Origin: Armatimonadota bacterium
GTDB lineage: Bacteria; Armatimonadota; Fimbriimonadia; Fimbriimonadales; GBS-DC
Assembly: GCA_037444405.1 (NCBI GenBank)
Contig: JBBIML010000008.1
Coordinates: 128,001 to 192,000 of the forward strand
Reading direction: 5' to 3'
Length of the DNA: 64,000 nt
This document shows positions 41,836 through 51,063 of the stretch, piece after piece. Positions within the stretch are counted from its first letter, which is position 1, and each line of letters opens with the position of its first letter. The position numbers were made by a program, and so were the translations under genes. The notes under the pieces are model-generated. The model saw nothing but the letters and a program-made list of their open reading frames with translations, had not been told where the DNA came from and did not search any database.

Positions 41836-42897
41836 GTGAGCGCGGTTAAACGGCGTGTGCGTCCGACGCTGGAGGCGGTTGCCCGCGCGGCGGGCGTCTC
41901 GATCGGCACGGCATCCAACATTCTGGGCGCGAAGGCGACCCTGCACAGCCCCCAGACGGTGGAGCGCGTGCTGACCGTCGCCCGTCAGCTCGGCTACCGC
42001 CCGAACCGCATCGCGCGCAGCCTCGCCGCCCGCCGCAGCCAGACCATCGGCATCATCATGGAGCCGATGCACGCCGTCTTCACCCGCAACGAGTACGCCA
42101 CCGCCGTGCTGGATGGCGTCGTCGACTGCTTCACGCCCGAAGGCTACCACATCAAAATCATCACGCTGCGCGACCTGCACCCGCGCACGCTGTGGGCGCA
42201 GATCGACGACGGCACCATCGACGGCGCGATTTTAATCGCGCCCCTCATCGACAGCCCCCTGCTCAAGTGGCACGAGCATACGCAGCTGCCCTGCGTGGTG
42301 GTCGGCAGCGCACTGCCCGAATCGCTCGGCTTCTACTGCATCGATTCGGATAGCGAGGGCATGATCACGCGCGTGGTGGACTGGCTGGTGCAGCTGGGGC
42401 ATCGGCGCATCGGCTTCCTGCAGGGACCGGCGGAGCAGTGGAGCGCGCGCCAGCGCGAGGCGGCGTACCGTCAGGCGATGGCGGCGCACGGTATTGCTAT
42501 CCGCGAGGAATGGCTGGCGCGCGGCTTCTACACGCAGGAGGGCGGACAGCTTGCCACCGAGCAGCTGCTAACGGTGCGCCCGCGCCTCACTGCTATCATC
42601 GCCAGCAACGACCCGATGGCGCTCGGCGCACTGGAAGCCTGCCGACAGCATGGTATTCGCGTGCCCGAAGAGATGTCTATCGTCGGCTTCGACGATATGC
42701 CGCTCGCCGCGCTCACCAACCCGCCTCTGACCACTGTCCGCAACCCCATCCACGAGATTGGCTACCATGCCGCGCAGGCGCTGCTGGAACAGATACAAAC
42801 AGGCGAAGCCCGACGCGGCAACTGCCTGCTGAAAGGCGAACTCGTCGTCCGCCAGAGCGCCGCCCCACCCATTGGCACGAGCAGGGATTGCATGTAG
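41836..42897 (+). CDS. LacI-family transcriptional regulator
   Basis: TLEAVARAAGVSIGTAS HTH, LGYRPN, GHRRIG, SIVGFDD, PPLTTV. Confidence 0.95.
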   Translation: MSAVKRRVRPTLEAVARAAGVSIGTASNILGAKATLHSPQTVERVLTVARQLGYRPNRIARSLAARRSQTIGIIMEPMHAVFTRNEYATAVLDGVVDCFTPEGYHIKIITLRDLHPRTLWAQIDDGTIDGAILIAPLIDSPLLKWHEHTQLPCVVVGSALPESLGFYCIDSDSEGMITRVVDWLVQLGHRRIGFLQGPAEQWSARQREAAYRQAMAAHGIAIREEWLARGFYTQEGGQLATEQLLTVRPRLTAIIASNDPMALGALEACRQHGIRVPEEMSIVGFDDMPLAALTNPPLTTVRNPIHEIGYHAAQALLEQIQTGEARRGNCLLKGELVVRQSAAPPIGTSRDCM

Positions 42898-42929
42898 TCC
42901 ATCGAAAAACCTGAGCAGGGTGATAGAAC

Positions 42930-43742
42930 ATGCCAGTGGCATTGCGATGGCTGATTATCAGCGCATGGGCGAGCGCTCTGCTGATGGGTGGCTCCGCCGC
43001 CGATGACCCTCTCCAGCAAACCGTCACCTTCGACCAGCCCGCCCAGAGCGTTCGGCGACTGCTTCAGGCGCTCTCCCGCCAGACGGGCATCAAGCTGTTC
43101 GCGTTTCAATTCGTGCGCGCGCTGACGCCGGAACAGCTCACGCAGCTGCAGGCGGGTAAGACGCTCACCGTCGCCGATTTAAAACCGCCCCAGCGTGCCC
43201 TGCTGAACCACGAAATCTACGAGGTGGGTATTCTCATCGACCTCGAACATGAGGGCGCAACTCGCGCGGGACCATCGGAGCGACTCTGCCAGCTGCCGCA
43301 CGCTTTTTACCCCGATGGCTTGCCACCAGACACCACGCTGAAACTTGCATCGGGCGACTCGTCGCTGGGGCTGTTTACCGAGCGCAAGCTGGGCGTGTGG
43401 GGGGTGTGCCGCTCCCTCGACAATATCGCCTCCGAGATGCAAATCGTTGAGAGCTTCCAGAGCGAGGAGTCGGATGCGGCGTTGCCTGAATATGCTCAGG
43501 AAATCAAAGCGCGCTATGCGCAGGCACTGATGCCCGCCCGATTCCAGCTGTTCACGCTGGAGGTGCGCCCTGCAGCACGGCGCCGAATCGATCTGCCGAT
43601 GGAGCGATGGCGCGGCTTCGGCGACCATGAGCCGCTGACAAACACCAGCGCCGCCCCGCTGGATAAACTGCCCGCCGACTTCAAACAAAAACTTGAAGAA
43701 GCAAAACGCAGGCTGAAGGAAGGCGGCGAAACGGACGATTGA
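42930..43742 (+). CDS. Hypothetical secreted protein, possibly internally deleted
   Basis: Signal peptide, then a short STN-like start (VTFDQPAQSVRRLLQALSRQTGIKL) that switches abruptly to other sequence. Confidence 0.55.
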   Translation: MPVALRWLIISAWASALLMGGSAADDPLQQTVTFDQPAQSVRRLLQALSRQTGIKLFAFQFVRALTPEQLTQLQAGKTLTVADLKPPQRALLNHEIYEVGILIDLEHEGATRAGPSERLCQLPHAFYPDGLPPDTTLKLASGDSSLGLFTERKLGVWGVCRSLDNIASEMQIVESFQSEESDAALPEYAQEIKARYAQALMPARFQLFTLEVRPAARRRIDLPMERWRGFGDHEPLTNTSAAPLDKLPADFKQKLEEAKRRLKEGGETDD

Positions 43743-43749
43743 AGGGCAT

Positions 43750-43776
43750 GGAGGGGCGCACGGCGGTGCGCCCTGC
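43750..43776 (+). repeat. REP-like hairpin, family B (GTAG type, degenerate)
   Basis: GGAGGGGCGCAC-GGCG-GTGCGCCCTGC. Confidence 0.6.
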
Positions 43777-43782
43777 AATCTG

Positions 43783-45192
43783 TTATGGCGGCTCGATTTC
43801 GCTGTAGAGGGGACTGTCGGCGCGGCGGTAGAGACGCTGCAGGCATGTCCAGGGCAGGTCGGCTGGCAGCGCTCGCAGAAACTCGCTGAGCTGCTGCTCG
43901 CCCAAAGCGCCATCTGCCAGATAGCGCGCCCGATACCAGTTCAGCAGATAGCGCTCCTGCATCGACGGATGGACAGAACCGTCAGGCACATACACGGGCA
44001 CGCCGCGATTGGAAACGATTGTTAGCCGCAACGCGCCGACACGCTCGGGCAGTCGGGGCAGCCCCACGCTGTGGATAAAAAGGTCAACTCCCACCGTCTG
44101 CCAGCCCTCTGCCTCAGCGGAGGCGACAGACGGCGGCACGATAATGGCTGGCTCCGCAGGCTCCGAATCGGGGCGGGATCTGTCCGTGCGGCGGGGCAGA
44201 TGGCTGATGACCGCCAGTGTGAACTCGCGCGTGGTGGCGTTGCCGCCCAGATCGCGCGTCTTGATGCCCGACACCAGCGTGTAGCGCAACGCGCTCTCCA
44301 CACGCTCAGCGTCCTCGTGTAATCCCAGATGGTGCAGCATCTGAACCGCCGAGAGCAGAATCGCCGTCGGGTTCGCGATACCCCGCCCCGCTATATCGGG
44401 CGCGGAGCCATGCACTGCCTCGAACACCGCATAACCGTTGCCGATGTTGCCCCCCGGCGCCACGCCCAGCCCGCCCACCAGACCCGCGCACAAATCGCTC
44501 ACAATGTCGCCAAACAGGTTCGGCAAAATCAGCACATCGAACCGCTCCGGGTGCGTTACCAGCTGCAGGCAGGCGTTGTCAATCAGAATATCGTCCGTTT
44601 CCAGGTCAGGATAGTCCTGTGCCACCTCGCGAAAGGTCTGCAGGAACAGCCCGTCGGTAATCTTGTGGATGTTGGCTTTGTGAACGCAGGTGATTTTACG
44701 CCGTTTGAGCCGTCGCGCCAGCTCAAAAGCGTATCGAATAACCATCTGCGAGCCGGGGCGCGTAATGATGCGCAGCGACTCAGTTACATCGGGCGTCTGC
44801 CAGTATTCGACGCCCGCATAGGTGTCCTCGATGTTCTCCCGCACCAGAATGATGTCCACATTCCCGTATCGGCTGGGGATGCCCGGCAGGGAGCGAGTGG
44901 GGCGCACATTGGCAAAGAGGTCGAACGCCTGACGGATGGCAACATTGATGCTGCGATGCCCCGTGCCGATGGGCGTGGTGGTGGGTCCCTTGAGGGCGAC
45001 CCGATTGCGCCGGATCGATTCGAGCGTCGCTTCGGGCAGGGGGTCGCCAAACTTCTGCAGGCAGGCTAAACCCGCTTCCGCCTCTTCCCACTCGATGGGC
45101 ACGCCCGCCGCCTCCAGCACCTGCACCACCGACTCGGTGATCTCGGGACCTATCCCGTCGCCACGAATCAGCGTAACGCGCCGCTTGCTCAT
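43783..45192 (-). CDS. icd: Isocitrate dehydrogenase with C-terminal extension
   Basis: GDGIGPEI, LKGPTTTP, RENIEDTYAG, VHKANI, NLFGDIVSD, EAVHGSAPDIAG; extension with GVDLFI and VSNRGV. Confidence 0.88.
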   Translation of the reverse strand: MSKRRVTLIRGDGIGPEITESVVQVLEAAGVPIEWEEAEAGLACLQKFGDPLPEATLESIRRNRVALKGPTTTPIGTGHRSINVAIRQAFDLFANVRPTRSLPGIPSRYGNVDIILVRENIEDTYAGVEYWQTPDVTESLRIITRPGSQMVIRYAFELARRLKRRKITCVHKANIHKITDGLFLQTFREVAQDYPDLETDDILIDNACLQLVTHPERFDVLILPNLFGDIVSDLCAGLVGGLGVAPGGNIGNGYAVFEAVHGSAPDIAGRGIANPTAILLSAVQMLHHLGLHEDAERVESALRYTLVSGIKTRDLGGNATTREFTLAVISHLPRRTDRSRPDSEPAEPAIIVPPSVASAEAEGWQTVGVDLFIHSVGLPRLPERVGALRLTIVSNRGVPVYVPDGSVHPSMQERYLLNWYRARYLADGALGEQQLSEFLRALPADLPWTCLQRLYRRADSPLYSEIEPP

Positions 45193-45223
45193 CGTCGAAA
45201 TTGTACCTGCTCATGGCGAGCTG

Positions 45224-45251
45224 GCAGGATCGCGCCGCTGTGCGCCCCTAC
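45224..45251 (-). repeat. REP-like element, family B, overlapping the pilC stop codon
   Basis: Minus strand GTAGGGGCGCACAGCGGCGCGATCCTGC; its TAG is the pilC stop. Confidence 0.55.
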
Positions 45252-46528
45252 TCGTTCACAAGCTCGTTCACAAACTCGAAAAGATTGCCGTAATAGCCCT
45301 GAAAGTAGCCGATGCAGTTGATGCCGACCGTCAAAATGATAATCAGCAGGGCGAAGCGCGTGATGGAGAATCGGTACATGCGGGCGGCGCCCTCACAGCG
45401 TGCTTCGTAGAGCTGTGCCAGCCGACCCAGCATGCCGACCACATCGCCTGTTTGCACGCCTGTGCTGATGAGTGTGATCTCGTCGGGCTGAAAGAGGCGC
45501 GTGTCGGCAAGCGCGATGTCGATGGGCATGGAACGCTCCCCCTCAAACAGGCGCAGATTAAGCAGCGATTCGGCAATGGCGCGGTTGGGCACCGCGCTCG
45601 CTGCCAGATTCCATGCGGTGCCGGGAGCGACGCCCGCGTTCAGCAGGCGCATCAGATGTTCCACGAAAAACTGGAGCGCACGGGCGCGAATCCAGTCGCT
45701 GTAGCCCCACAGATAGGGCACGGCGAGCGATGCCATCGAGCGCCACCGCTCTGTCCGCGCCGAACGCGCGAACAGCCACCAGCCAAGCCACAACAACAGC
45801 ACGACGATCCAGAAGGGCACCCCGTAATACAGCACCAGCTTCAGCCACGCCTGCAAATAGGCGGCGACGGGACTCATCTGCGGCGATTGTGTGTAGAGTT
45901 TCAGCCCCTGCAGGAAGGCGGCGGATGCGGGCGCCACCATCGGCACCACGATAATGGCGTTGATGAGCAGCAGGCGCGGCATCCAGAACCAGCGGCGGCG
46001 TTTCACCCGTTCCTCAAAGAAGGCCGCCAGCTGGTTACAGACATCGGGCAGGTAGCCGCCCATCTCCGCGGCGCGAATCGCGCCCTGCACGAATGCGGGG
46101 AACAGCTGGGGAAACTGCTCCATCCCGCTGGAGAGCGGTTCGCCGCGCTGCGCCATGCGCGCTATCTGCATGCATGCTTCCTGCAGGCGCTCGTCGGGCA
46201 CGCGGCGACTCAGATACAGGCAGGCGTCGCCCACCGTGTAGCCCGCTTTCAGGAAGCTGGCGAGCTGCGCGAAGAGCAATCCGAGCGAGTGGTCGCTCAC
46301 CGCCGCGCTCTCCCACTGACTCGGCGCGGTGGGTGCGGCAGGTTGCGCGGGCGCGGGGCCTGCCAGCGTCGCCACGCTGGGCGGCGAGCGCACCTCCACC
46401 AGTTGCTGAACCAGCAAACCCTGCGCCTGTAGCAGTCGCTGGGCGTTGAGCGGGTTGTCTGCCTGCACCGTGCCCGTCTGCGGGCGCCCCGCCCGATCAA
46501 TCGCCTGATAGCGATAGGTGCGCTTCAT
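45248..46528 (-). CDS. Type II secretion F / PilC-family platform protein
   Basis: YRYQAIDRAG..QTG, QLASFLKAG, GEPLS, AAEMGG, STGVQTG: two T2SSF repeats. Confidence 0.88.
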   Translation of the reverse strand: MKRTYRYQAIDRAGRPQTGTVQADNPLNAQRLLQAQGLLVQQLVEVRSPPSVATLAGPAPAQPAAPTAPSQWESAAVSDHSLGLLFAQLASFLKAGYTVGDACLYLSRRVPDERLQEACMQIARMAQRGEPLSSGMEQFPQLFPAFVQGAIRAAEMGGYLPDVCNQLAAFFEERVKRRRWFWMPRLLLINAIIVVPMVAPASAAFLQGLKLYTQSPQMSPVAAYLQAWLKLVLYYGVPFWIVVLLLWLGWWLFARSARTERWRSMASLAVPYLWGYSDWIRARALQFFVEHLMRLLNAGVAPGTAWNLAASAVPNRAIAESLLNLRLFEGERSMPIDIALADTRLFQPDEITLISTGVQTGDVVGMLGRLAQLYEARCEGAARMYRFSITRFALLIIILTVGINCIGYFQGYYGNLFEFVNELVNE

Positions 46529-47009
46529 AGGGGCGGATCTCCTGCGCCTGCACAGCGGGGTTGGCTAACAGCGCGCGCACGGGCGTGCCGTCGGGCAGCA
46601 CATAGTCAGGCGTCATCTCGAAGAGGGGCACCAGCACGAACGCCCGCTCGCGCATCATGGGATGCGGGATGGTTAACCGCTCGCTTTGCAGGGTAAGATG
46701 GTCATAAAGGATGATGTCGATGTCTAACGGTCGGGGCATCCAGCGCTGGGCTGTGTTGGTGCGTCCGAGTTCGTGTTCCAGCGCTTTGAGCGCGTCCAGC
46801 AAATCGTACGGGCTTAGCTCGGTCTCCGCCCACATGCCGAGATTGAGGTAGGGGCGTGGGTCAGGCGTCTCGCCGATGGGCGCGGTCTCGTACACACGCG
46901 AAATCTGACGCGGGTAAACCCCATACGCGGGCAGCCGCTCGATGCCTGCCTGCAGGTTCTTCAGCCGATTGCCCAGATTGGAGCCGAGACTGAGATAGAC
47001 CCGCACCAT
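46497..47009 (-). CDS. folK: 2-amino-4-hydroxy-6-hydroxymethyldihydropteridine diphosphokinase
   Basis: YLSLGSNLG, YETAP, PRPLDIDII, IPHPMMRERAFVLVPL; true start is ATG 47009. Confidence 0.95.
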   Translation of the reverse strand: MVRVYLSLGSNLGNRLKNLQAGIERLPAYGVYPRQISRVYETAPIGETPDPRPYLNLGMWAETELSPYDLLDALKALEHELGRTNTAQRWMPRPLDIDIILYDHLTLQSERLTIPHPMMRERAFVLVPLFEMTPDYVLPDGTPVRALLANPAVQAQEIRPYEAHLSLSGD

Positions 47010-47021
47010 CGTGGTTGTAGA

Positions 47022-47096
47022 TGGTGGGCGGTGCTGGACTTGAACCAGCGACCTCCTCGGTGTGAACGAGGCGCTCTGCCACTGAGCTAACCGCCC
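47022..47096 (-). tRNA. tRNA-Val(CAC)
   Basis: GGGCGGTTAGCTCAGTGGCAGAGCG CCTCG-TTCACAC-CGAGG ...GGTTCAAGTCC...CCGCCCACCA cloverleaf with encoded CCA. Confidence 0.97.
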
Positions 47097-47099
47097 TGC

Positions 47100-47185
47100 T
47101 GGTGCGCGGGGTGGGACTCGAACCCACACGGGCTGCGCCCACATGGCCCTCAACCATGCGTGTCTACCAGTTCCACCACCCGCGC
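47100..47185 (-). tRNA. tRNA-Leu(GAG)
   Basis: GCGCGGGTGGTGGAACTGGTAGACACG CATGG-TTGAGGG-CCATG, long variable arm, GGTTCGAGTCC, CCA end. Confidence 0.97.
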
Positions 47186-47196
47186 TATGCGATTCG

Positions 47197-47227
47197 ATTA
47201 TACCCCATCGCCATGCACGACTGTCAA
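47197..47227 (-). promoter_or_regulatory. Sigma70-type promoter of the tRNA operon
   Basis: TTGACA-N19-TATAAT ending 11 nt upstream of tRNA-Leu. Confidence 0.65.
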
Positions 47228-47280
47228 GGGGTTGTGAGGCTGTTCGAAAAATTCGGGGCATAATATCGACCTGAGTGAAG

Positions 47281-47340
47281 CCCCCTCACCCGTACCTTCG
47301 CCCCATCCGGGGAGGGGTTTCTCTTCTGAAGAAGAGAGGG
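47281..47340. repeat. Degenerate family A REP-like element
   Basis: CCCCCTCACCCGTACCTTCGCCCCATCCGGGGAGGGG, then CTCTTCT-GA-AGAAGAG. Confidence 0.6.
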
Positions 47341-47492
47341 CGTCGATAGGCAGACGCGAAACAGCTCCTTTCATCCAGCTGAGCCGCAAAGCGGGCGGAC
47401 CCGCCTCGCGCTGCAGCACGACGCCCCAATGAAGCCCAAAGGGTATTGACCCTTTGAATAAGCAGCAGCAACTTCTGTGCCAAACACCCCTC

Positions 47493-48746
47493 TTATGAAG
47501 ATTCCTCAACTGATAGTGCAGGTTTGCCCGCCACATAGACCGTTTGCACGATGGGTGCGCCCAGCGTGTAGGGCAAGTCGCGCCAGTCGGGGCTGGTCAG
47601 CACGAGGAAATCGGCGCGTGCGCCGGGCACCAATGCGCCCCGATCGGTCAGCCCCAGCGCGGACGCCGCGTTGACCGTGCCCGCCACCAGCGACTCGGCA
47701 GGCGTCAAGCGGTTCAGGCGCACGGCGAGCGCCAGCGCCAGCTGCATCGAGAAGAGCGGGCTGGAGCCAGGGTTCAAATCGGTGCCGGCGGCGACCGCGG
47801 CGCCCGCCTCTATCAGCGCGCGTGCAGGCGCTGGCGGCAAGCCCAGATGCAGGCTCACACCGGGCAGAATCGTGGCGATGGTCGAACTGTTCGCCAGCGC
47901 GCGAATCTGCGTCTCGCCCGACGCCTCCAGATGATCCACCGAGCGCGCACCGAGCCGCACCGCCAGCTCCACACCGCCCAGCGCATGGAACTGGTCGGCG
48001 TGCGCTTTGATGTCCAGCCCGTGCGCCTGCGCGGCTTGCAATATCCGCTCTGCTTCTGCCACGCTGAACGCCTCCCGCTCGATGAAGATGTCCACCGCTC
48101 GCGCCAGTCCGCGACGCGCCACTTCGAGAATGAGCTGGTCGCACACCGTGTGCAGATAGGCGTCGCGCCCCTCGCGCGGCGGCACATGGATCAGCAAAGT
48201 GGGCACAATTGTGGGCGGTGTGATGCCCCGTTGCGCTATCGCTTCGGGCAGGCGGGCAATCGCCTCCAGCATCCGAATCTCGGCGTCAGGGGTCAGCCCG
48301 TAGCCCGACTTGATTTCGAGCGTGGTTGCGCCCGAACGCATCAGTTGAACAACGCGCGGCACGGTCAGCTCAATCAGCGTTTTGACACTGGCTTGCGCCG
48401 TGTGGCGAACGGTGTGATAGATGCCGCCCCCGCGCGCCAAGATGGTTTCATAGGGCACGCCCTGCGCCCGCGCCTCAAAATCGTCCAGCCGGTCGCCTGC
48501 CCACATCGCGTGCGTGTGGGGGTCGATCAATCCGGGCACGACGGCGCGCCCATCCAGATCGATAATCTGGCGGGCGCGTCCATGCCACTCCCTGCGTGCA
48601 TCCGCCCACACGATGCGCCCTGCCCGTGATGCGAGGGCGGCGTCGGGGATGACCTGCACCTGCGCCATCTCCGCGCCCCGATGCACGCCCAATCGCAGCG
48701 GCGTCGCCAACTGCGCAATGTTCACAAACAGCTGATCGGCTTCCAT
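47493..48746 (-). CDS. hutI: Imidazolonepropionase
   Basis: PGLIDPHTH, GGGIYHTV, EIKSGYGL, HADQF, SVDHLE, TDLNPGSS. Confidence 0.95.
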   Translation of the reverse strand: MEADQLFVNIAQLATPLRLGVHRGAEMAQVQVIPDAALASRAGRIVWADARREWHGRARQIIDLDGRAVVPGLIDPHTHAMWAGDRLDDFEARAQGVPYETILARGGGIYHTVRHTAQASVKTLIELTVPRVVQLMRSGATTLEIKSGYGLTPDAEIRMLEAIARLPEAIAQRGITPPTIVPTLLIHVPPREGRDAYLHTVCDQLILEVARRGLARAVDIFIEREAFSVAEAERILQAAQAHGLDIKAHADQFHALGGVELAVRLGARSVDHLEASGETQIRALANSSTIATILPGVSLHLGLPPAPARALIEAGAAVAAGTDLNPGSSPLFSMQLALALAVRLNRLTPAESLVAGTVNAASALGLTDRGALVPGARADFLVLTSPDWRDLPYTLGAPIVQTVYVAGKPALSVEESS

Positions 48747-48861
48747 CTGCGCCTATAACCGTTTGTGGCACTTCCGGTGGTGTTGCGCCCCTGCCCACCA
48801 GTATTACCACGCCCTGCCGCACAACAGAGAGAATACCCTCAAGGGGTATACTTCTGCTGCT

Positions 48862-50709
48862 ATGGGCACTGTTCGCACGGACACGGATGTTCAGATGGAG
48901 GTCTACTATCGCCCCCATCGCTCCAGTCGGGCGATTCTGGAGCCTGAGCCGCCGCTGAGCGAGCTGGGGGGCACTTTCTGGGTGATTTTGCACAATCGGC
49001 GACGCCAGCCTTGCAATGTGAGCGCGATTTTGATTAATGGTGTGCCCGCCGAATCGCTGACCAACGGCAACGGGCTGAACTGGTTCCGCCTCACGCCGGA
49101 GCCGCTGCCGCCTGATGGCGCCGCGTTGCTGATTCTGAACATGCAGGCGTCGCTGCTGCGTCGGTCGCCGCTGCGTCTGAGCCTGTGGCTGGCGGACGGC
49201 GCACGCCACGAATGGGTACTGCCCACCGATTCGTCGCCGCTGACGCTCGCCAGCGCGTGGCTGGACGGGCGCGCGTTGACGGTGGTGGTGCGCAACGACG
49301 ACCCGCAACGCGCATGGCGCATCGAGCGACTGCGCGTGGACGGCAGATCCGTGCGCTTCCGAACGCCCGATGCCACCCTCGCGCCCCGCACGCTCACTTT
49401 CGTCCATGCCCGACTGCCCCACACACCTGAACCCCCTACAAGCCTCATCCTGCAGGTCGATGCGCGCGCGGGCGCGGCGACCACCATGACGGCAGGCACG
49501 GTGCGACCCTTGCCCCGCTTCTTCCCGATAGGCACATGGCGGGATTCCGCATGGGGCGACGAAACGCTGATGCGCGAGCTGGTTGAGCGCGGCTTCGACA
49601 CCTTCGTGTTCAGCGCGTCGGATAAACCGAACGACACAGAGCGGCGTGCTTTCGAGCAGATATGTCCGCAATCGGGTGTCAGGGCGCTGGTGTTTGCGGG
49701 CTTCCCGCGCCCCACCGCGCGCTTTATCGAACGCCACGCCCGCAACCCCCACATCGCGGCTTATATGATCAAGGATGAACCCGACTGGACTTCGCCGCGC
49801 GAGGTGGACGGCTGGCATCTGCCCACGCTGTGCGAACGGATTGCTCAGTTCATTCGGGATCGGCAGGTGGCGCCGCCGCTCTATCTCAATCTGGCGCGTT
49901 CGCGTCGGTTCGGCGAGTTCGCCACCATCCCCGACATCGCCTGCTACGACGCCTATCGCGTCGGCGCGCCGATGCCCGATTTGTCGCCCGAGCCGTGGGG
50001 CAATCGGCTGGAGCTGACGGCGACCTACACAGAGGATTTGCGAGCGAACTGCGAGCCGCTGCCCTTCTGGGTGTGGGCGCAGGGAGCGCACGCATGGGAC
50101 GAGCGCATCTGGATCGATGGACAGATCGGGCGGGCATGCCCCACCCCTGAAGAGATTCGGGTTCAGCTCTGGCTCCAGCTGAGCCGCGGCGCGAAGGGCG
50201 TCCTGTGGTTCACCACCTTCCGCGAAGAGGAGTTCCGCCGCCACTACAGCGCGAACCCCACCCTGCAGCGCCTGCCCGAAGCGGAGCGCCAGCGCGCGAT
50301 GGAGCAACTGGTCGCGCATGGACGCGAGGCATACGCGGAGCAGACGCGCCTGAACCGCTTTTTGCAGACTGTACGCGACCGCCTGCTGCGCATGGAGTGG
50401 GCAGGCAACGCGACGATTGAGCAGGCGAGCAACCCGACACGACTGGACGCCTCACTTCTGCTGGGCGAGCGTGAAGCCGTGCTGTGGCTGACCAATCTGG
50501 ACTACGAGATGCACCCGCAGGGGTATCGGTTCCGCGAACAGCGCGCTATACGGGTGCTGGTGCCGTTGCCACGCTGGTTCAAGCCGCGCCGTGCGCAGTT
50601 TCGTGACCCTGCCAGCGAGCGCGAAATCGAGTTTCAGCCCGTGCCTGAAGGCGTGCGCATCGCGCTGGACGCCCTGCCCGAACAGGTGGGCAGTCTCTGG
50701 CTGGAGTGA
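48862..50709 (+). CDS. Hypothetical protein with beta-sandwich N-terminus and putative glycoside-hydrolase-like barrel
   Basis: Long ORF with host-like codon use; FFPIGTW, AYMIKDEPD and GAKGVLWF patterns. Confidence 0.6.
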   Translation: MGTVRTDTDVQMEVYYRPHRSSRAILEPEPPLSELGGTFWVILHNRRRQPCNVSAILINGVPAESLTNGNGLNWFRLTPEPLPPDGAALLILNMQASLLRRSPLRLSLWLADGARHEWVLPTDSSPLTLASAWLDGRALTVVVRNDDPQRAWRIERLRVDGRSVRFRTPDATLAPRTLTFVHARLPHTPEPPTSLILQVDARAGAATTMTAGTVRPLPRFFPIGTWRDSAWGDETLMRELVERGFDTFVFSASDKPNDTERRAFEQICPQSGVRALVFAGFPRPTARFIERHARNPHIAAYMIKDEPDWTSPREVDGWHLPTLCERIAQFIRDRQVAPPLYLNLARSRRFGEFATIPDIACYDAYRVGAPMPDLSPEPWGNRLELTATYTEDLRANCEPLPFWVWAQGAHAWDERIWIDGQIGRACPTPEEIRVQLWLQLSRGAKGVLWFTTFREEEFRRHYSANPTLQRLPEAERQRAMEQLVAHGREAYAEQTRLNRFLQTVRDRLLRMEWAGNATIEQASNPTRLDASLLLGEREAVLWLTNLDYEMHPQGYRFREQRAIRVLVPLPRWFKPRRAQFRDPASEREIEFQPVPEGVRIALDALPEQVGSLWLE

Positions 50710-50718
50710 ACCCGACGC

Positions 50719-51063
50719 TTAGCCTGGCGGCCAGGTCATCTGGCGACCGCCCAGCAGATGAAAATGCAGGTGGAACACCGACTGCCCCGCGGCGCGGTTC
50801 GTGTTCAACACCACGCGATAGCCCTCCGTCTCGATGCCCTCCTGGCGGGCAAGCTGAGCGCACACTTCCAGCAGATGCCCCAGCAGCGGCGCATGATCGG
50901 GCTGGGACTGCGCCAGGCTCGGAATGTGCGCGCGGGGCACCACCAGCACATGCACGGGCGCCTGCGGGTTAATGTCCCGAAAGGCGACCGCATGCTCGTC
51001 TTCATAGATGATATTGGCAGGTATCTCCCGCGCCACGATTTTGCAAAACAGGCATTCACTCAT
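50719..51063 (-). CDS. hinT: Histidine triad nucleotide-binding protein
   Basis: CLFCKI, FRDINPQAPVHVLVVP, GQSVFHLHFHLLGGR..WPPG. Confidence 0.96.
   Translation of the reverse strand: MSECLFCKIVAREIPANIIYEDEHAVAFRDINPQAPVHVLVVPRAHIPSLAQSQPDHAPLLGHLLEVCAQLARQEGIETEGYRVVLNTNRAAGQSVFHLHFHLLGGRQMTWPPG

Noticed and set aside
47010..47261. N-terminal extension of the folK ORF in the ORF track
   Set aside because: This stretch is two tRNA genes and their promoter; FolK homology starts at ATG 47009.
47436..47457. Hairpin CAAAGGGT-ATTG-ACCCTTTG downstream of hutI
   Set aside because: Single short inverted repeat, probably a hutI 3' hairpin; nothing supports a distinct element.
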